A DNA stretch of 64,000 bases, taken from the IMG/VR virus record IMGVR_UViG_3300043086_000101, one strand, 5' to 3'. Below are positions 1-9,532 of the stretch, in pieces. The position numbers and the translations under genes are program-made. Numbering within the stretch: position 1 is the stretch's first letter; each line of letters opens with the position of its first letter. This stretch comes from an uncultured virus (IMG/VR IMGVR_UViG_3300043086_000101) (taxonomy: Duplodnaviria; Heunggongvirae; Uroviricota; Caudoviricetes). Below the pieces are notes generated by a model, which saw only the letters and a program-made list of their open reading frames with translations, searched no databases and was not told where the DNA came from.

Positions 1-101
1 ATATCTAAGTGTCCCCCTTGTTAACGTCGGATACGTTAACTTGATATATCCCCTGAAAAGTGTATATATAAGTTCCCTTACTTAATATACACAAACCCCT
101 T

Positions 102-151
102 AGAGCTATGTTTGCAGAATTTAACTATTCTATAAGCATAGCTCTTTTTTT
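102..151 (+). terminator. Intrinsic terminator-like hairpin
   Basis: AGAGCTATG (102-110) / CATAGCTCT (137-145) stem followed by a T run. Confidence 0.6.
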
Positions 152-176
152 ATACATATTTTCTTCATATACATAT

Positions 177-206
177 TTGACTGCCGCACATATTATATGT
201 TATAAT
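177..206 (+). promoter_or_regulatory. sigma70/sigmaA-type promoter
   Basis: TTGACT-N18-TATAAT with extended -10 TG. Confidence 0.8.
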
Positions 207-239
207 ATATATAACAAAGCCAAGAGAAAGGAAAAAGAA

Positions 240-470
240 ATGTTCAATGCATGGGGAGAGCCTGTTATCGGCAATATGTTTTATCCTATGGTATATACTG
301 AAACGAATAATGAGAACATGCTTAACCTTCTCGACCATCTTTGTAATATGGGAGTTCATGAAATCTCAGCTAATCGTTTTGAATCTCTTCTTGACGAATA
401 TAATGTTGATTGGGACGCACTTGATTCTGATATTCAATCAACTGTAGTTAGCTATATCGATATTGACTAG
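240..470 (+). CDS. Hypothetical acidic protein
   Basis: ATG at 240 after GAAAGGA RBS and downstream of the promoter; the 108-239 ORF extension overlaps the terminator and promoter. Confidence 0.7.
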   Translation: MFNAWGEPVIGNMFYPMVYTETNNENMLNLLDHLCNMGVHEISANRFESLLDEYNVDWDALDSDIQSTVVSYIDID

Positions 471-2241
471 AAAGAAGATGCGGAATATGCGGCCTAAGTC
501 TCTTTTGACTAAAGAAGATATTGTTACTATGAAAGAATATGCTCAAGCATATGCTGGAATTGATAAAGTTAACACTGATTATCTTATTAATCCTTGGGAT
601 AAGAATAAGATGACTATGTTTAAGCTTCTTGGTAAGAAGCTTCGTGTAACTGTACCTATTAAAATTACTGTTAATCAACGTCAACAGGAAGCGGATCTCC
701 GCACTTTTCATAGGGTTCCTTTGACTGGAACTTATGAAAAAGATAGTGGGCATATTTTTATTCGCAGGTTTGAGGAATATTTTTCTAATTTGCTTACTCA
801 GGGTGTAATTCCAGAAATTTGTCTTGACAGATTTAAGAAAATGTTTTATAATAATAATATTCTGCGTGGTACTTTTAAAGTAGAAGTAGAACCATATATT
901 ACATATGGAAATCTTGATATGGAAACTCATAATAATTATTATATGTTTATTAACAATAATAAACCAGATAAAGTTATCAAGATTACTAACGATACTAAGA
1001 TTCAGCGTGCTATCCAAAAGCTTTTGAAGTTTTATGATTTTCCTTATATGGATGATTATAATGATTGGAAGAATAAAGTTAGTTCTGTAACAACTGTAAA
1101 AACCAAGATTCAGAATGTAGTTCTTAGTATTCATCCTCTGGATTTTATGACCGCATCTGATAATAATTGTAACTGGAGTTCTTGCATGTCTTGGCGTACT
1201 GGCGGATATTCTTCTGGTACACTTGAAATGATGAATAGTAATATGGTTATAATTGCATATGTTGAGAATAAAAATGATAAGTTTATGTTTAATGAGCATG
1301 AACTTACTAATAAATCTTGGCGTGCATTTTTCTATATTCATAAAGATATTATTTGTAGCGGCAAGAATTATCCTTTCCAGAACTATGAGCTTAGTCAGGA
1401 AGTTGTAAAAGTATTGCGGGAAATGGCCGAGGAAAATCTTGGTTGGAAATATCAGTATGGTGTTCAGCAATACTATGACCTTTTCCCATTTTCACAGAAT
1501 GACTATCTCCGCAATGATTATAATATTCGTTATATGCACCGCACCTATGACTGGAATCGTCATCAGTTTAATGAAGCTACATATAACTATCCTAAAAACG
1601 AGAAACATTCTATTATCATTAGTACTCTTGGTATGTATAATGATTTGGTTGAAGACCATTCTACTAAGTATTTTTGTGTGCGGAATTATGTAAAGCATAA
1701 TCTTTTTCTCAATGCTTCTGGTCCCGCATATTGTCTTTGCTGCGGGCAGAGGATTAATAAGAATGAGAAGTATGATTCTTGTGAAGAAGATTTCTTGACT
1801 CATGGTCGGCAAAAGTACTGCGAAGATTGTCAGAATAAATATCATTGTGATTGGTGCGGCGGTGTTCATAATGATGAAGAGCTATATGTAGTGAATTTCT
1901 TTCCTTTTAAAGAGCCTAGGATTCATGAAATGTATGCTACCGCAACTAAGATGGTTGTTTGTAAAAAGTGCATAGAATCTGGAGAGATTATGTATGATGG
2001 TACAAATAATCTTTACATGTCTACAGCTGGTTATTTGTATTATAAAAAGTATGAAGATGAAATTATTGCACATTATAATGTTATAAAAGAAAATGATAAA
2101 GATGAAGAATATTCGTCTTTGCATTTTCGTCGTCATGCATACCATGTTCCTATTGACCATTCTAAAGTAATTTCCGCAAAGGAGGCTATTAGTCGTGGAC
2201 TATACTGTGAAACAAAAAATTGCGATTCCCTTTCTGCTTAA
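463..2241 (+). CDS. Large phage hypothetical protein with C-terminal Cys-rich (Zn-ribbon) region
   Basis: 592 aa ORF (start may be ATG 478); SIHPLDFMTAS...WSSCMSW segment; several CxxC pairs (CLCC, CEDC, CDWC, CKKC). Confidence 0.75.
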   Translation: MTRKKMRNMRPKSLLTKEDIVTMKEYAQAYAGIDKVNTDYLINPWDKNKMTMFKLLGKKLRVTVPIKITVNQRQQEADLRTFHRVPLTGTYEKDSGHIFIRRFEEYFSNLLTQGVIPEICLDRFKKMFYNNNILRGTFKVEVEPYITYGNLDMETHNNYYMFINNNKPDKVIKITNDTKIQRAIQKLLKFYDFPYMDDYNDWKNKVSSVTTVKTKIQNVVLSIHPLDFMTASDNNCNWSSCMSWRTGGYSSGTLEMMNSNMVIIAYVENKNDKFMFNEHELTNKSWRAFFYIHKDIICSGKNYPFQNYELSQEVVKVLREMAEENLGWKYQYGVQQYYDLFPFSQNDYLRNDYNIRYMHRTYDWNRHQFNEATYNYPKNEKHSIIISTLGMYNDLVEDHSTKYFCVRNYVKHNLFLNASGPAYCLCCGQRINKNEKYDSCEEDFLTHGRQKYCEDCQNKYHCDWCGGVHNDEELYVVNFFPFKEPRIHEMYATATKMVVCKKCIESGEIMYDGTNNLYMSTAGYLYYKKYEDEIIAHYNVIKENDKDEEYSSLHFRRHAYHVPIDHSKVISAKEAISRGLYCETKNCDSLSA

Positions 2242-3031
2242 TAGTAGACTAAATGATATTGCCGCAGAATTTAATATTGACTTTGATAATACATTTAATA
2301 ATTTTGATAAACTAATGGAATTTATTGATATGTATCCTGATACTAGGATTAATATATCTTTTGTTAATGGGCTAGATAAGACAATGGCAAAAAGACTTTC
2401 TAGGTATTCTGATAATGTTTATATTAGATTGCAAGCAAGTGATATAGGGTCTTGTCCTACTTTAGCAGAAAACAATATTAAATACTTTTTTGATAGGTCT
2501 GTATCAGCTGGAACTTATGCTAGTCTAGATGATTTTATTGCTCTTGGTGTAACAGATGTATATATTGTTGATGATTTGGTTTATAATTTGAAAGTTATGC
2601 GGAAATGGTCAGATGAACATAATATTAAACTTCGTCTTATTCTAAACAGGATTCCATCTGTTGCCTTATCTGCTGGAATGAATCCAAAATCACCTATCTT
2701 TAGACCAGATGATATAGACTTGTTCCAAGAATATTTTGATTGTTTTGAATTTGCATTTGAGGAATATCCTGATAAAGTACAACTTGAAACCATGTATAAA
2801 ATTTGGTTTGAAGATAAAAAATGGTATGGAGAACTATCTGAAATAAATACAGATATTAAATTTTCTTTTCCAAATTATTCAATTATTCCATTCCATAGGG
2901 ATTTCAAGTTTAACTGTTGTCGCAAGTGCGAAATGAAAATGAATAATCCATGCCGCAAATGTACTCAAATTATTGAAATTGCTAATCAGCTTGCTGAAAA
3001 TAGTATTTCTATTAGTATGGACAATTCTTAG
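2195..3031 (+). CDS. Hypothetical protein, possibly a degenerate U32-peptidase-like barrel, with Cys-rich C-terminus
   Basis: GTG start after AAGGAGG; alternating beta/alpha pattern; CCxxC...CxxC tail. The family guess is weak. Confidence 0.65.
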   Translation: MDYTVKQKIAIPFLLNSRLNDIAAEFNIDFDNTFNNFDKLMEFIDMYPDTRINISFVNGLDKTMAKRLSRYSDNVYIRLQASDIGSCPTLAENNIKYFFDRSVSAGTYASLDDFIALGVTDVYIVDDLVYNLKVMRKWSDEHNIKLRLILNRIPSVALSAGMNPKSPIFRPDDIDLFQEYFDCFEFAFEEYPDKVQLETMYKIWFEDKKWYGELSEINTDIKFSFPNYSIIPFHRDFKFNCCRKCEMKMNNPCRKCTQIIEIANQLAENSISISMDNS

Positions 3032-3108
3032 AAATAAATATAATACATTTTTTAAATATATTGACGAGCGTTATTTTTCTTCGCTGAACCAAGAAAGGAT
3101 TTATCCAA

Positions 3109-3873
3109 TTGAGGAATAAAGGAAAAAAAATAACGAGGGTTATAATATTGGCTCTTGTATGCATGTTATTTGTACCTAGTCTAGCATATGCTAATACTGG
3201 AGAACTTCGTGCAAAGTTAAATCTAGTTGAAAATGAAAATAGTAATATATTTGAACAAAAACTAGATGAAGAAAAGACAGAATTTATTGAAGATGCTGAA
3301 TCAAAGTTTGATACATGGGAAGAGTATCTTACTAGTACTCAGATTGATTTATATAATGATTTGATTGATAAAGCATTTTCTGCTTCTTCTTTAGGAGAGA
3401 TTGAAAATTACAGGTCTAGTATAGATTCTATTATGACCAAGGGAGAAGAGGCAAAAGAGAAAGCAGAGGAACAAGCTAGAATTGCGGCTGAAGATGCTAA
3501 AAAAGCTAAAGCATCTGAAGAAGCTAAAACCGCACAGCAAAGTTCCACCACTTCAAATACACCAACCAATAGCACCAGTGAAAATGAACAATCTTCTTCT
3601 ATTGGTATGACAGGACAACAATTCAAATCTGCGGGAGTTGTCTATATGAATGGTATTAGATATACTTACTATAGTAGTAGGGTATTGTATCATTATAGGA
3701 CTTCTGAGTGGTATGTAGATTCTAACGGCTTTTATAGGACCGCAGATGGGTATTTAGTTGTTGCTTGTTACTTTTTGCCGCAAGGCTCTACAGTATCTAC
3801 TCCTTGGGGAACGGGTATGGTATTAGATAGTGGAGCTGGCAGCAATACAGTAGATATGTATGTTTGCTTTTAA
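3109..3873 (+). CDS. Secreted protein with coiled coil, Ser/Thr linker and C-terminal 3D-like (lytic transglycosylase-related) domain
   Basis: Signal peptide ending AYA; C-terminal LPQGSTVSTPWGTGMVLDSG...VDMYV resembles the 3D/double-psi barrel pattern. Confidence 0.65.
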   Translation: MRNKGKKITRVIILALVCMLFVPSLAYANTGELRAKLNLVENENSNIFEQKLDEEKTEFIEDAESKFDTWEEYLTSTQIDLYNDLIDKAFSASSLGEIENYRSSIDSIMTKGEEAKEKAEEQARIAAEDAKKAKASEEAKTAQQSSTTSNTPTNSTSENEQSSSIGMTGQQFKSAGVVYMNGIRYTYYSSRVLYHYRTSEWYVDSNGFYRTADGYLVVACYFLPQGSTVSTPWGTGMVLDSGAGSNTVDMYVCF

Positions 3874-3897
3874 GGTGCATGTTATAAGGGAGATATA

Positions 3898-4278
3898 ATG
3901 TCTATCAAGAATAATGAAAAGAAACTGAAATTTTTATTCATTATTGTTGCGGCAATTATTGTAATTTCTTTGTGTCTTGTTATTTTTTCATGTAATCAAA
4001 AGCAAACTACTAATATGATTATTCAGCATGAAGAAAATAATAGTAATCCTTCGATAGATGTACAAGGTGATGTTATCTATCATAATATTACTATTTATGA
4101 TGGAAATGGAAGTATTGTAGCTAACTATAAAGGTAAGTATAATGCACTTCGCAATGGTGAAATATTAACCTTGACAGATGATACTAGTAATGATATAATT
4201 ACTATATCACTGGGAGAGAATTATACTATTGTAGATATTGCGGGAAGTGCAAATGATACAATTGCCACTGTTAGTTAG
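3898..4278 (+). CDS. Membrane-anchored or lipoprotein hypothetical
   Basis: N-terminal hydrophobic helix ending IFSC; AAGGGGAG RBS. Confidence 0.7.
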   Translation: MSIKNNEKKLKFLFIIVAAIIVISLCLVIFSCNQKQTTNMIIQHEENNSNPSIDVQGDVIYHNITIYDGNGSIVANYKGKYNALRNGEILTLTDDTSNDIITISLGENYTIVDIAGSANDTIATVS

Positions 4279-4286
4279 GAGATATA

Positions 4287-4583
4287 ATGAAACCATATGG
4301 AATAAATATTAATGCTAGTTTTGTTGAAACAGACAATGGATGTGAAGTTGCAGTTAAGCTCGATGATAGTGAAGGTTTACAATTAGCAAAACGAGTTAAA
4401 GGCAATGATGCAGAAAAATGTTTGGAAGCTATGTATAAGGTTATTGCCCAAGAAATGATTGTGCATAAACTAGGAGATAATAAGAATTGCGAAGATAGTA
4501 GTCTTGAAGATTACGCTCGTCAAGAAAAAGTGACACCAAAGACTACTAAGAACCGCATTAATATTTTTAAAGATTGGTTTTAA
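4287..4583 (+). CDS. Hypothetical protein
   Basis: AGGAG RBS, tight operon spacing. Confidence 0.7.
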   Translation: MKPYGININASFVETDNGCEVAVKLDDSEGLQLAKRVKGNDAEKCLEAMYKVIAQEMIVHKLGDNKNCEDSSLEDYARQEKVTPKTTKNRINIFKDWF

Positions 4584-4602
4584 TTTTTAGAGGAGAAAGA
4601 TA

Positions 4603-4908
4603 ATGGAAGACATTATTCTTAATGATGGTACTTTTATCTATAGTGAAGAAGGTGTTAAAGATTATCTTTCTTCTCTTGGTTTTTCCATAGAATATTTGCG
4701 GACCATGTTCTCTGATGATAATAAAATATTTGAACTTGAACAACAGCTTAAAGACAGTGAAATTTATGAAGATGCTCTTTATTGTTCTAAAAGAGACATG
4801 GTACAGGATATTTCAGAAGTATGTGACGATATGAAGTCTTATCTTAAAGGTAAGAAATCTCGTGAATATATTTCCAAAATAGAAGATATAATTGAATATT
4901 ATACGTAA
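4603..4908 (+). CDS. Hypothetical protein
   Basis: GAGGAG RBS, 101 aa. Confidence 0.7.
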   Translation: MEDIILNDGTFIYSEEGVKDYLSSLGFSIEYLRTMFSDDNKIFELEQQLKDSEIYEDALYCSKRDMVQDISEVCDDMKSYLKGKKSREYISKIEDIIEYYT

Positions 4909-4923
4909 GAGCAAGGAGGAGTT

Positions 4924-5055
4924 ATGATTAGTCTAGCTATTGCTAAGGCATATTATCGCCGCATCCATCGTGGCGAAATTACAATTGAAGATGTTCCTGA
5001 AAAGATGAAGGAACAAGTTCAGGCACTTCTTGATGAAGATAATAAAACTGAATAA
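4924..5055 (+). CDS. Small CD1375/XkdX-like protein (43 aa; absent from the ORF track)
   Basis: AAGGAGGAG RBS; MISLAIAKAYYRRIHRGEITIEDVPEKMKEQVQALLDEDNKTE carries the G-x-x-TIEDVP-x-x-x-x-EQV pattern of small proteins that accompany tail-fibre genes. Confidence 0.75.
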   Translation: MISLAIAKAYYRRIHRGEITIEDVPEKMKEQVQALLDEDNKTE

Positions 5056-5134
5056 TTATTTGATATAACAGAAGTATTATAAATATTTCTGTTATATTTT
5101 TGTATATATAGGATATATTTAAAGGGGTTTTGAT

Positions 5135-5881
5135 ATGGCTGAAGAAGTTTCAGAATCAATTATAATCAAAGATATTAAAATTAATAACAATGGTACATTT
5201 CAATCTATTTTTCCAATTGAAGTTAGTCAAGGTGGAACTGGTTTAACTATATCTCCGCAAGCATTGGTTAATTTAGCCAGCACTGATGCAGTAGATATTT
5301 TTACAAGCAGCCCTCAGTTAGGTGTTAGTGGAATTTTACCAATTGCAAATGGCGGAATTGGTAGGTCTTCTGCTCCGTCTATGTTAACAAATTTAAGTAG
5401 CACTACAGCTGCTAGTCCACTTTCTGCCAGTCCCAGGCCGGGTGTAACTGGAACTCTACCAATTAGTAAAGGTGGAACAGGAAAGACAACAGCAGCAGAT
5501 GCTATTTCCAATCTAGGAATTAACAGTTATGTTAACTCAAGTAGTGTGGCATCTGGACTTCCAGTATCATATAGTAATTTAATTAATTGGAGCTATATTA
5601 AGTATAGCAATAATTTTGCTATTTGCGCTGGAGTGTTTTATGCAAAACAAGATACTTCTACTTATAATCCAGCTATGAGTAATTATAGTGCAACTTTTCC
5701 ATTTACATTTAAATTTGCTCCAGCAGTAAATATAAACTGTTATATGGATGGATTGAATGTAGCACAAATTAATTATGTTAAATCAACTACAACTGACGTT
5801 AATTTTTGGGCTAGAAGAGAACAAAGTACAACGGTGGCATATACTCAATGTTACATTATTGTTGCAGGAACTTATGCTTAA
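5135..5881 (+). CDS. Tail fibre / receptor-binding protein, paralog 1
   Basis: IKI...FQSIFPI-x3-QGGTG N-terminus, GVTGxLPIxxGGTG repeats, C-terminal YIKYSN...FPFTF...P tip (gp53/H-lectin-like). Confidence 0.75.
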   Translation: MAEEVSESIIIKDIKINNNGTFQSIFPIEVSQGGTGLTISPQALVNLASTDAVDIFTSSPQLGVSGILPIANGGIGRSSAPSMLTNLSSTTAASPLSASPRPGVTGTLPISKGGTGKTTAADAISNLGINSYVNSSSVASGLPVSYSNLINWSYIKYSNNFAICAGVFYAKQDTSTYNPAMSNYSATFPFTFKFAPAVNINCYMDGLNVAQINYVKSTTTDVNFWARREQSTTVAYTQCYIIVAGTYA

Positions 5882-5894
5882 TTAAGGAGATAAA

Positions 5895-6188
5895 ATGAAA
5901 TATGTAGACAATACTGAGAATCATAATGAAATGCCAGAAGATTTTAATCATGATGATTACTATTTTATGGAAACAATGATTGCAAAACATGGTGCCTATG
6001 ATACTATTGATAATGTAACTAAGTTTGCATTAGATGAAGATGATTATGAGTATGTAACTATTTGTAATCCAAAATCTGATCCAATTTATCAAAGTATGCT
6101 AGCGAGTATTCAGCGAGAAGAAAATATTAATTCAATTCCAGAGCTTGATAAAGCCATCTGTGATTTGTATGAAATGTTTGCTGAATAA
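5895..6188 (+). CDS. Putative tail-fibre assembly/chaperone protein, paralog A
   Basis: Follows a fibre gene; ends DKAICDLYE; paralog of 9533-9811. Confidence 0.6.
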   Translation: MKYVDNTENHNEMPEDFNHDDYYFMETMIAKHGAYDTIDNVTKFALDEDDYEYVTICNPKSDPIYQSMLASIQREENINSIPELDKAICDLYEMFAE

Positions 6189-6274
6189 TTCTTGTAAAAG
6201 AAAAGGGGATATAAATGGGGATTTATTTACCTTTTCTTAATAATTAAAATATAATAGAAAGGTAAAATATAGTT

Positions 6275-7186
6275 ATGTCTGTTTCAGATATTCAAATTAA
6301 AGCAGGAAATGATTTCAAATCTATTTTTCCTATTACTCCAAGTCAAGGAGGAACTGGTTTAAAGACAAGTCCACAAGCTATTACAAATTTAGCAAGCAAT
6401 GAATCTTCAAATATTTTTATAGAGAATCCTTCTATTGGCGTAACTGGTATTCTTCCTATTTCTAATGGAGGTACTGGACTTTCAGCTTCTCCCTCTTTAA
6501 TTACTAATCTAAGTTCTAATAATCCGGAATCTCTTTTTCAAGAAAATCCGCGGCCTGGCGTTACTGGAATATTGCCATTAGCAAATGGTGGAACTGGAAT
6601 TAATTTTAATCCATATATTCAGTTTGATTTATCTTCAAATGACTCTGTATCTTTATTTGATGCTTCTAATAGTAATATCACTCCTGGAGTTACTGGCACA
6701 CTACCTATTAGCAAGGGTGGTACTGGAGCTACTACAGAATCTAATGCTAGAACAAATTTAGGAATAAATACCTATGTATTAAGTAGCGGTGGTCAAGGTT
6801 CTTATGATTATAATACATATGAGTGGAGTGGTAATCAGTTAAATCCATCTGTTAATAGCAAGATTAGGTATGACTGGATAAAATATAGTAATGGATTGGC
6901 AGTAATGTCAGTTCTTATTAGATATAGCAAACTTCCCGCATATAGTGCTTTACATTGCTATTTTACCCTACCATTTGCTTTTACCCACCCAGCAATTGTT
7001 AATGCTGGCTGTTCTGTAGATTCAGACAATGCCTGTTATATGACATATGTTAGAGGAGCATCAGGGTCTGTCGATTCTTATCTATATCGTTCTAGCACTA
7101 GTACTTCAGTAGGCTTAGAACTATATTATATTGTATCTGGATGCTGGGATTCTAGTCTTTCTTATGCGGCTAATGGAGTTTCATAA
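6275..7186 (+). CDS. Tail fibre / receptor-binding protein, paralog 2
   Basis: Same N-terminal motif, four GGTG repeat units, WIKYSNG...LPFAF tip. Confidence 0.75.
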   Translation: MSVSDIQIKAGNDFKSIFPITPSQGGTGLKTSPQAITNLASNESSNIFIENPSIGVTGILPISNGGTGLSASPSLITNLSSNNPESLFQENPRPGVTGILPLANGGTGINFNPYIQFDLSSNDSVSLFDASNSNITPGVTGTLPISKGGTGATTESNARTNLGINTYVLSSGGQGSYDYNTYEWSGNQLNPSVNSKIRYDWIKYSNGLAVMSVLIRYSKLPAYSALHCYFTLPFAFTHPAIVNAGCSVDSDNACYMTYVRGASGSVDSYLYRSSTSTSVGLELYYIVSGCWDSSLSYAANGVS

Positions 7187-8088
7187 TGGAAGATATTAAA
7201 ATTAAAAATACTAATGGAGAATATCAATCTATTTTTCCAATTAAAATTAATCAAGGTGGCACTGGAAAAAACACTGAAAATAAAATTATAGTTGATTTAT
7301 ATTCTAAAGATAAAAAGAATATTTTTGAAGATGAAGAAACAAAAATTGGAATTAAAAATATTCTTTCTGTTGTTAATGGCGGAACAGGTATCAGTACTAG
7401 TCCAAAAGCGATATTGAACTTGAATAATAATTCCACTTTACAACCTATATATAACACAAATATAGAATATGGATTAGATTCATCTAGTGTATTACAAATA
7501 TCTAATGGTGGTACTGGGAAAAATTCAAATATTAATTTATATGGTTATCTAAATTTAAATAGCAAAAGAAATCTTTTTCAATCTAATTCTCCTGCTTATA
7601 CTGGTTCAACAGGTATATTAAATATAAATAATGGCGGAACAAATGCTTCTGAATCTTCTGTAGCATTATCTAATATTGGAATTAAAGACTATATTGTAGA
7701 AAATAACATTTGGAGTTCACTTGGAGATTGGGATAATTTATCATCTTATTTAGGAACAGTTGACAATATTCAATGGTTTTATTTAAAATATGCAAATGGT
7801 ATTGCATTGTGTCATGGAAGCGCAAGATTTCTTACTATTCCTGCTGTTAGCTATACTCCTTTTACAATAAACTTATCAGCTAGTCTTCCGATGGAATTTG
7901 CTTATCCTCCAGCAACATCCATTAACTGCTCTTTCCCGTCAGATACGACAAGCGGAGTCTATTATATTAGGTCTACTACAGATTCAATAAATTTTTGGGT
8001 ATATAGGAAATATAATACTAGTACTGCATTAAGTCAAAATGATGCATTAATGTTATATTTTAATGTCATGGGCAGATGGAAAGAATAA
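7186..8088 (+). CDS. Tail fibre / receptor-binding protein, paralog 3
   Basis: Same N-terminal motif, diverged GGT(G) repeats, YLKYANG...LPMEF tip; translationally coupled (TAATG) to paralog 2. Confidence 0.75.
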   Translation: MEDIKIKNTNGEYQSIFPIKINQGGTGKNTENKIIVDLYSKDKKNIFEDEETKIGIKNILSVVNGGTGISTSPKAILNLNNNSTLQPIYNTNIEYGLDSSSVLQISNGGTGKNSNINLYGYLNLNSKRNLFQSNSPAYTGSTGILNINNGGTNASESSVALSNIGIKDYIVENNIWSSLGDWDNLSSYLGTVDNIQWFYLKYANGIALCHGSARFLTIPAVSYTPFTINLSASLPMEFAYPPATSINCSFPSDTTSGVYYIRSTTDSINFWVYRKYNTSTALSQNDALMLYFNVMGRWKE

Positions 8089-8148
8089 ATTAAAATTAAT
8101 TTGGGGATATATCTCTTTCTAGGGGAATAGAAAGGAGATATATAAACA

Positions 8149-9495
8149 ATGTCTATAACAAATATTAAAATTAAAAATAATAGTGGAGAATTTCAATCTA
8201 TTTTTCCTATCACCATAGAACAAGGTGGAACAAATGCGGAAAACTTGAGTGATGCTCAATATAATTTGGGCATCACTGATGCTAGAAAAATAGCGACTAA
8301 TTACATCGATGAAAATTCAGATAATGGAACAATTAATATAGGCAATATCGATAAAATTAATAACCCATCTGGTGTTTCTGGAACTCCTTATAGTATCGAA
8401 TTAACTTCTGATGCAATCAATTTTAATGATGCTGATAAGGGGACTACTCCTATTTCAATTCAAGATGTAGCTAACTCTAAAAAAGATGATAATGGTTTAA
8501 TTGTTAATCTCAATAAAGTATTAGTATATACTAATGATGCTGGATTCCAATGCAGAAAGAATGGTACAGATGGAGTACTATATGAAGCAAATCTTGGAAT
8601 CCAAAAAGCAGGAGAAGTATATATTTCTAATTGGAACAAAGAAAGTAATACATTAGTAAATCAACTTTGTTTAAATAGTTCTGAAACATATACTCCCAAT
8701 AATTTGCGGACTGGTAAAAAACTTTCTGCCGCAGGAGATTTAGCAATATCTGGTGATTCTACTTTAACAGGTAATCTTATCTGTTCTGGGACTACAGATT
8801 TTCCATTGCCAGTCCATTATGGAAATATTACAGAGTTAGATAGTCAAAATGTTGGTTTAAATAGTTTTACAAGTGTTGAAGATTCTCCAGTATATACTGG
8901 TCAATTATTAACTTTATCTACAAATAGAGATATTAGTTCTATTGATAAAACTACTGAAAATGATGCAGGAGGAGCTGCGCAACTAGCTTTTGATAGTTTT
9001 TATAATTCAATATATCATAGAGCATATCAACCATATAGCGATACAGAAGATATATCTGGTTGGGGCGATTGGTATAAATTATTAGATACAAATAATTGTA
9101 AAGATTATATAATATCAGTCGAGAATCCAGGAGATAATGTTAAAGGTGGTTGGCTTTCTATAAAGTTTGCGAATGGCTTTGCAATATGTGCATTACAACA
9201 AATAAAAGATATTAATACTAATATTCAATGGACCAGTGGTTATAGAACTAAATCTGGTGAAGGATTTGGAAATGTAGATTTTCCATTTGAATTTGCTAAT
9301 AAACAAATTCCTTATATAAGTGCTCAATTACTTGATAATGGAAACAATTGGTGTTGGTTAATGCAAAATGGTTATCAAGCAGAAAGTGATCCAACTACAT
9401 ATAAACATTTAGGAGAGTGGCTGGTTTATAGGCCAGCTGTTATGAATACAGCGGGTATGAGAGCTTGTTTCATATGTATAGGATTCTGGAAATAA
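8149..9495 (+). CDS. Tail fibre / receptor-binding protein, paralog 4
   Basis: Same N-terminal motif, single GGT unit, extra central domains (WGDWYKLLDT), SIKFANG...FPFEF...GFWK tip. Confidence 0.75.
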   Translation: MSITNIKIKNNSGEFQSIFPITIEQGGTNAENLSDAQYNLGITDARKIATNYIDENSDNGTINIGNIDKINNPSGVSGTPYSIELTSDAINFNDADKGTTPISIQDVANSKKDDNGLIVNLNKVLVYTNDAGFQCRKNGTDGVLYEANLGIQKAGEVYISNWNKESNTLVNQLCLNSSETYTPNNLRTGKKLSAAGDLAISGDSTLTGNLICSGTTDFPLPVHYGNITELDSQNVGLNSFTSVEDSPVYTGQLLTLSTNRDISSIDKTTENDAGGAAQLAFDSFYNSIYHRAYQPYSDTEDISGWGDWYKLLDTNNCKDYIISVENPGDNVKGGWLSIKFANGFAICALQQIKDINTNIQWTSGYRTKSGEGFGNVDFPFEFANKQIPYISAQLLDNGNNWCWLMQNGYQAESDPTTYKHLGEWLVYRPAVMNTAGMRACFICIGFWK

Positions 9496-9532
9496 TAAAC
9501 CATATTGTTGTAATTAACTGAGGAGAAGATTA

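Noticed and set aside
108..239. N-terminal ORF extensions at 108, 9848 and 29634
   Set aside because: They run through terminator, promoter or leader sequence; RBS-supported starts are 240, 9911 and 29652.
448..1470. 340-aa - strand ORF and other antisense or nested ORFs (e.g. 13527-13952, 47194-47613, 11957-12187, 12297-12545)
   Set aside because: Shadows of real genes or tRNAs on the other strand or frame; no RBS or recognisable motifs.
5135..9495. Shufflon or diversity-generating retroelement behind the fibre paralogs
   Set aside because: All copies are full genes in one orientation with their own starts; no invertase or RT; tips are not near-identical copies differing at adenines. The shared AATCTATTTTTCC is explained by the SIFP peptide.
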